From: the human T2T-CHM13v2.0 reference genome, Homo sapiens
DNA length: 64,000 nucleotides
Direction: 5' to 3' (one strand)
NCBI RefSeq assembly: GCF_009914755.1
Contig: NC_060933.1
A model generated the notes under the pieces. The model did not search any database. It was not told the origin of the DNA and saw only the letters and a program-made list of their open reading frames with translations. The first letter of the stretch is position 1; each line of letters begins with the position of its first letter. Shown here in pieces: positions 56,591-64,000 of this stretch. The position numbers and the translations under genes are program-made.

Positions 56591-59500
56591 GTTGGCTGGA
56601 GTACCAGGTACAAGGAGGTGAGGGAGCAGAGGTGAGCCTTGATGCAAAAGGGGTGAGGACTGTAAGTGAGCTATTTCAATGCTCTCTTGAGGTCTTCCCG
56701 AAATCAGAATTCTGATGGCATAAAGATATGGCAGAAGCCACAGGAGTTATGCTCCTTGAAGAGCAGCTGATAAAACACACACAAATGACATCAGCCCTTC
56801 CGAGAAAGAGAGCTGCTTTCAGGCTGGGCTTTATGATTCAGGCCGGCTCATGTGGACACACGCCACGAAGAAACAGAAGCCAAGGATACTGTGCCTGTGA
56901 TCATTAGTGTTTACATGAATTAACTTTATGCTAGTATTTCCCAAGCTTTATTTAGTCATGTGACTTCATGACTTGGGCCATTTCTGCCTACCAGTTGGGT
57001 GGTAGTAACCTGGGTGGTTACTTATCATTTTTATTTATCTCGCCTCACTTTTTAGATAAAATAAACTCATTTAAAAAAGAGACTTTGGATCACCATCCCA
57101 TAAGCCATTATTCTTTGCCAAAAATAGATACTAAGCAGAATGAATAAAAACCAGCAAGGTAGGTGCTGATGCCTGCTGGGAAGCTGAGCGTGGGGCTTGC
57201 TTTCTCTGCTGAGAGGTGAGATTTGCAAGTGTTGGAGAGCCACCGGGAAATGCAATCAGCAAACAGACACTTTCTCTGGCAAATATGAATAATCTTCTCT
57301 CCCTGGAAAGAGAGAGAATAAGAAGGGAAAAACCTTCTCACTATGTAGTTCTCAGGGCACCTAATATCACATCTATGAGAAGGTGTCCCACACTTTGGCA
57401 AACACAGCTTTTATTGGGTCCCATGAGTAAACTCGGATCATTTATTAGTTTTGAGGATGATGCTTCCTTTTTTTACAGAGGGAGGAACAGGAAAAGAGAA
57501 GGGAAAAGAGTGGTAGGACTTTGTCACTTTACGGTGAAGACCAACTGTTAAGTACGGTGGACAACTTCGTAAATCACTAAATCTACCAAACTAATCTGCA
57601 ACTTATTGTCTTGTAGGGTCCTCATCACCTGTATTCGTCTTCCTCCGTTCTGAGGAGTGAAGTCTAGCCTCCTGTCTGCAGAATTCTGGGGGCTGAGGAT
57701 ACGGCAGCTGAGAAGGCACTGACCTGGGAAAACCACCTTCCTCTTCACCCTCCTTCACAAAAGCAGGACCAGCAACCACTCCCATGTACACAGTTGATGA
57801 AGTACTTTTCATGCAATTCACCATTTAATCTAAAGGAACCACAAACAATTCACAGATGTACTTCCCGTCGGGCCCCTGATAATCAGGAGTGCTTTTGCTC
57901 ACTCTCATGCCAAAGAGATACTCAGTGAATGTGGTGGGATAAATGAAACAGAACTGACAGCCAGAAACCACTATTTACCCCCAAATTCCAGATACTTTAT
58001 GAAAGTCCCTGACAGTAGTGATAAAGGATCTGGGACAATATGCCAAATGCATACAGTTTAGTGTTAAACAATATGCATTAGAGACAGATATTCTCCATAA
58101 ACACCAGCCTTAAAGGGAAACATGTGCAGTGAACAGATTAGCTATTAAATCAGAGGACTTGTGCATACACCTCTCATGCAGGATTTATTGTTCCAGAAGC
58201 ATCTGCACCTTACCAAAGCTGGACTAGTAATGGCATGCAGTTAGGGCAGGGGATGTTATAACGGTAATCATTAAAACAAGCCTCCCCCACTACATTACAT
58301 GGCGAATTCAAATTTTCATTAAGGCCCCAACAATAGGGAAGAGTTAAGTAAATTATGGCATGTTAACTGGATGGAATATTAAGCAGCCATTAAAATGATC
58401 AATCTGAAGATTATGTAGCGACATGGGAAACCATGCAAGAAATTATGCTAAGCTAAAAAGTAAAATGCAAGATTGTTTATGTGTGGGGGGCAAAGTATAA
58501 TGCAGGCTTTTTAAACAAGTCTCCGTCAATATGAGCAGGGCCCCACAGGGAATTCTGCTCCTTGCCTGGGCATTGGTAAATACTGACATCACAGATTTGG
58601 CCTATATCTACACTGTGATGACAGCAACGTTGTAAGTACAGACATCCACAACACCAAGAGCTGAAAAACCCAATACAGGAAGGTAAACAGCTACTGTGTA
58701 GAGGAGAAGGGATTATCGCGTAATTATTTTTGAAAGTTGTTTTAAATAATGAATAAAGACACTAGAGCAGAAAAAATGTAATTAAGATGAGCACATGAAA
58801 GAGAGTAAATATGATTTTAAGCAGGCTGGGCTTCCAGGAGCTGCGTGTATTTAGGAAGCAGCTGCCTTTCCCTGAGAAAATGCCCATTTGGGAGCATCTT
58901 CTCTCCTGGGAGAGGCTCACCAACAGCTCCAGGACATCGAAGGCCCTTGTGCCAGGCCAGCTTGCCAGATGTTGCTGCCTCCTGCCTAACTACCAGGCCC
59001 GTCTTCCTTATTAGCTGGGCCAATCCATGAGGGTCCAGAGACCGATCTCACAAGGGAGTCTGTGACCATATGTTTTAAGTCACAAGTTATCTGAACATCA
59101 GCATCTACACATTCATGCAAAATGACCTTTAATATTAAGTGGCAGTCTGTAATTTCATGCCTCTTAGGCAGAAAGCAGAAACATTAACAGGATGGGGGTT
59201 TCTGTTGACCTCTGGAGCAGAAAGGTTTGTAAACAGAACTACATACATAGAAAGAAAAGAAGACTAAAGCACTTTCTTTAGAATCAGAGAATGTTTGAAC
59301 TGAAAGGGACCCTAAGAATTTGCCTGGGCCCATTCACCAGGAGAGCTAGGCAGGTGTGCTCCCCACAGACTGCGGCCATGGCGGGGTCTGCCCATGGGAA
59401 TGTGGAGAAGGTAAGGGCTGGGGAAGAGAGCAGGCAGTAATCCTGAGAGGATGTGATGGGGGTTTAAAAGATTGCCCAGTCCACAAGCAACAAGCTATAC

Positions 59501-59591
59501 TCTGCTCCAGTATTCACCAACTTAGTGCCTCCCTGAAAAAAAAAAAACAAAAAAACAACAACAACAAAAAAAACAGGCCCCCCCACCAAAG

Positions 59592-59751
59592 TTGGGTGCA
59601 GTGGTTCATGCCTGTAACCCCAGCACTTTGGGAGGCCAAGGTGGGCAGATCACTTGAGGTCAAGAGTCCGAGACCAGTCTGGCCAACATGGTGAAACCCC
59701 ATCTCTACTAATAATACAAAAATTAGCCAGGCATGGTGGCAGGTACCTGTA
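59592..59751 (+). mobile_element. 3'-truncated Alu (left arm plus start of right arm)
   Basis: Alu sequence stops abruptly at ggcaggtacctgta and runs into Tigger1; no polyA. Confidence 0.85.
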
Positions 59752-62083
59752 AAATTTTTTGGTTTTCCAATGCATACAAAAGTTATATTTATATTATACT
59801 GTAGTTTATTAAATGTGCAATACCACTGCCTTAAAAAAATGTAGAACCTTAATTTTAAAAATATTTTATTGCCAAAAACTGCTTACAATCATCTAAGCCT
59901 TCAGTGAGTCATCTTTTTGCTGGTGGAGGGTCTTGCTTTGATGTTGCCGGCTGCCGACTGATCAGGGTGGTAGTTCCTGAAGGCTGAGGTGGCTGTGGAA
60001 AATTTTTTATGCCCCTCCCCCCAGCTGTGGGAATTTCTTAAAATGAGACAATAAAATTTGCCACATAGATTGACTCTTCCTTTCACGAAAGATTTCTCTT
60101 AGCGAAAGGCTGTTTTATAACATTTTATCCACGGCAGAACTTCTTTCAAAATTGGAGTCAATCTTTTCAAACTCTGCTGCTGCTTCATCAACTAAGTTTA
60201 TGTACTATTCTAAATCCTATGTTGTCATTTTAACAATGTTCCCAGCATCTTCATCAGGAATAGATTCTATCTCAAGAAAACTGTCTTTGCTCATCCATAA
60301 GAAGCAACTCTTTATTTGTTCAAGTTTGATCATAAGATTCCTGCAATTCAGTAACATCTTCAGACTCCACTTCTAATGCTAGTTCTCTTGTTATTTTCAT
60401 CATATTTGCAGTTACTTCCTCCACTGAAGTCTTGAAGGCCTCAAAGTCATCTGTGAGGACTGGACTCTTCTTCCAAACTCCTGTTAATGTGGCTATTTTG
60501 ACCCCTTTCATGAATCACAAATGTACTTAATGGCTTCTAGAACAGTAAATCTTCCCCAGAAGGTTTTCAGTTTACTTTGCCCAGGTCCATCAGAGGAATC
60601 ACTATCTCTGGCAGCTATAGCCTTATGAGATGTATTTCTTAAATAATAAGACTTCAAAGTTGAGATTACTCCTTGATCCATGGGCCGCGGAATGGATGTT
60701 GTGTTAGCAGGCATGAAAACAACATTCATCTCCTCGTACATCCCCAGCTGAGCTCTTGGGTGACCAAGAACAGTGTCAATCAGCAGTAGTATCTTTAAAG
60801 GAATCTTTTTTTCCTGAAAAGTTGGTCTCAAAAGTGGGCTTAAAATATTCAGTAAACCATGCTGTAAACAGAGGAACTGCCATCCAGGCTTTGTTGTTCC
60901 ATTCACAGGGCACGAGCAGGGTAGATTTAGCATAATTCTTAAGGGCTCCAGGATTTTTCAGAATGGCAAATGAGCACTGGCTTCAACTTACAATCACCAG
61001 CTGCATTAGTCCCTAACAAGAGAGGCAGCCTGTCCTTTGAAGCTTTGAAGCCAGGCATTGACTTCCCTATGGCTCTGAAAGTCCTAGATGGCATCTTCTT
61101 CCAATAGAAGGCTGCTTTGTCTACACTGAAAATCTGTTGTTTTGCATAGCCACCTTCATCGATGACCTCAGCTAGATCTTCTGGATAACTTGCTGCAGTT
61201 TCTACATCAGCACTTGCTGCTTCACCACACACTTCCATGTTATGGAAATGGCTTCTTTCCTTAAACCTCAGAAATCAACCTCTGTTAGCTTTTCTGAAGC
61301 TTCCTCCACTCTCTCAGCCTTCACAGAATTGAAGAGTTAGGGCCTTGCTCCAGATTAGGCTTTGATTTAAGGGAATTTGTGGCTGGTTTGAGCTTCTATC
61401 TAGACCAAACTCTCTCTCTAATAGCATAACAAGGCTGTTTTGCTTTCTTTTCAATTGTGTATTCGCAGGAGTGACACTTTTAATTTTCTTCAACAACTTT
61501 TCCTTTACATCCACAACCTGGCTAACTATTCGGTGCAAGAAGCCTACCTTTCGGCAGATCTCGGTTTTTGACATGACTTCTGCACTAGGCTTATTTCCAA
61601 GATTTTGGTTTAAAGTGAGAGATGTGTGACTCTCCCTTTCCTTTGAACATGTAGAGGCCATTGTTGAATTATTAATAGGCCTGATTTCAACATTGTTGTG
61701 TTTTACAGAATAGAGAGGCCCAAGGAGAGGGGAAGAGATGAAGGAATGGTCAGTCAGTGGGGCAGTCAGAACACACATAACATTTATTAAGTTCGCCATC
61801 TTCTGTGGGTGCAGTTTGTGGTGCCCCAAAACAATTACAACAGTAACATCAAAGATCACTGATCACAGGTCACCGTAACAGCTATAATAATAAAAAGGTT
61901 TGAAATATGAGAATTACCAAAATGTGACACAGAGACACAAAATGAGCACACGCTGTTGGAAAAATGATGCTGATAGACTTACTTGAAGGAAGGTTGCCAC
62001 AAACCTTCATTTTGTAAAAAAAAAAAAAATGCAATACCTGCAAACCACAATGAAGCAATGCACAATAAAATGAAGTATGCCTA
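59752..62083 (-). mobile_element. Tigger1 (pogo/TcMar DNA transposon), near full length, defective transposase
   Basis: Minus-strand start taggcatacttcattttattgtgc matches the Tigger1 5' end. ORFs 61314-61859, 60939-61238 and 60508-60933 are frameshifted pieces of a CENP-B/pogo-type transposase ([59 protein letters not shown]). Confidence 0.92.
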
Positions 62084-62131
62084 AACATTTTATTATGGAG
62101 AGTCTCAAAATCTGTATTTTGAAAGAAGATG

Positions 62132-62737
<606 letters not shown>

Positions 62738-64000
62738 ATAAGCATCTAATGAAATGATACATAACATGTCTTATGGTAAACATCAGAAGAAACCTGTTCT
62801 TTACTTCTTTACCTTCTCTTCAGGAATAGAAAAAAAAGGCTTGGGTTTGCTCGCTGGAAAACTGAGGCCAAGGAAATCAGCAGGCCTCTCTGGTGCCCCC
62901 CCCCCCTCCATCTTTTCCAGCTGTGCTGGCATCCACCTGTCCTCCCAACCAACCAACTATCTACTGAATGCCCAGTATGAGAGGAGACAGAGAGGAATGA
63001 GATGCAGTCCTGGCCTTCATGAAGCTCTTGGTAGGAGAAGGCAGAGCTCCCAACAGGGACAGACACAGCTCAGCCTCCTTAATGGGAGCAGACTTGATAC
63101 CACAATCTGATAACTAAGAGACAGGTTTCCATTGGGGGAACCTGGGAGGGCCTTAAAAGAATTTAGACAGGAGGTCATAGCACAGTGATGTGGCGGCGAA
63201 AATGGGTACCAGAGGAAGAACCAAGGCAGAGGCCCAGGGAGTCAAAAGCTTAAGGTGTACATGAGGTTGCTCGAGAGGGCTGGGGACTGACAGGTACCTG
63301 GTGGGAGATGATGCTGGAGGCAGATGGAAGTGGGTTTCTGGATGGCCTTAAAAGTACTGCACGGCAGCATCCCCAGGAGTGGTAAAGGAGTGATGCCCAG
63401 GAACCTCTGGGCAGGGAGGAGCTGGGCAGGACACAGGCTGGCACAGACGTGCAGGAGCCTTGCTGGAAATGATAGACGCTGGCCTGCAGGCCCTTCACCT
63501 CTAATTTTCCCAGCTGGGCTTGTCTGGGAATCCATACCACTCCCTAATCATGGGGTAGCAAGCTAGGTAGAGTTGTATGGCTCTTCACTCCCAGGCCCTG
63601 CCACTACCTCTCAACCCAGGAAACCTCTATTCTGCCAGTGGTAGGCATGCCATCTGATCTCTCTCACATGGCTTTGCAGCCACCGGGGATCCGTGCCTGA
63701 GACGCCAGGGTTGCAGGTAGATTAGGCTCAGGGCCCCAGCGGTGTCAGGAAGGGCTGCATTACTGGAATGATGCACTTGCCACTTAGCGGGGCTGCCCCT
63801 CGCCAACCACCTGGAGGGAGGCAAAGCCCTGGGTCCAGGTGAACCGACAGGCATAGCAGCACTGTGTGCTGGGTGAAAACACCGATCCCACTAGAGTGCT
63901 TAGTCTGAATCCTGGCTCCAACAGGTGACCTGGGGCAAGTTACCTCAGTTTCTTCATCTCTAGAGGGGAGAAAACGGCACCCACTGGAGGAAGGATGTTA

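Noticed and set aside
60508-61859. Transposase-like ORFs as a domesticated TIGD-type gene
   Set aside because: Broken into several frames by stops and frameshifts; ordinary Tigger1 decay.

Overview
Primate (very probably human) genomic DNA lying entirely inside the SHB gene (SH2 domain-containing adaptor protein B), transcribed on the minus strand. Three internal coding exons are present: 54752-54537 (216 nt), 35968-35797 (172 nt, missed by the ORF track) and 28669-28550 (120 nt, first half of the SH2 domain). All have canonical AG/GT ends and splice into one continuous frame matching SHB; the exon numbers 3, 4 and 5 are from memory. The rest is intron: about 17 Alus, an old L1M 3' segment, a near full-length Tigger1, L2/MIR/MER5/MER20/ERVL-LTR relics and a U7 snRNA retrocopy with target-site duplications. 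Almost all ORFs in the supplied track are chance or repeat-derived. The most unusual structure is an Alu split at its central linker by a ~98%-identical, 251-nt inverted copy of sequence ~0.9 kb upstream, with a stuttered microhomology junction (template-switch signature), which creates a long intronic hairpin. Also notable: exon 3 is flanked by inverted Alus and is stop-free in two frames (possible endless-ORF circRNA), a back-to-back TATA palindrome, and a paired AP-1 palindrome cluster. No wholly new gene system can be supported from the sequence alone.
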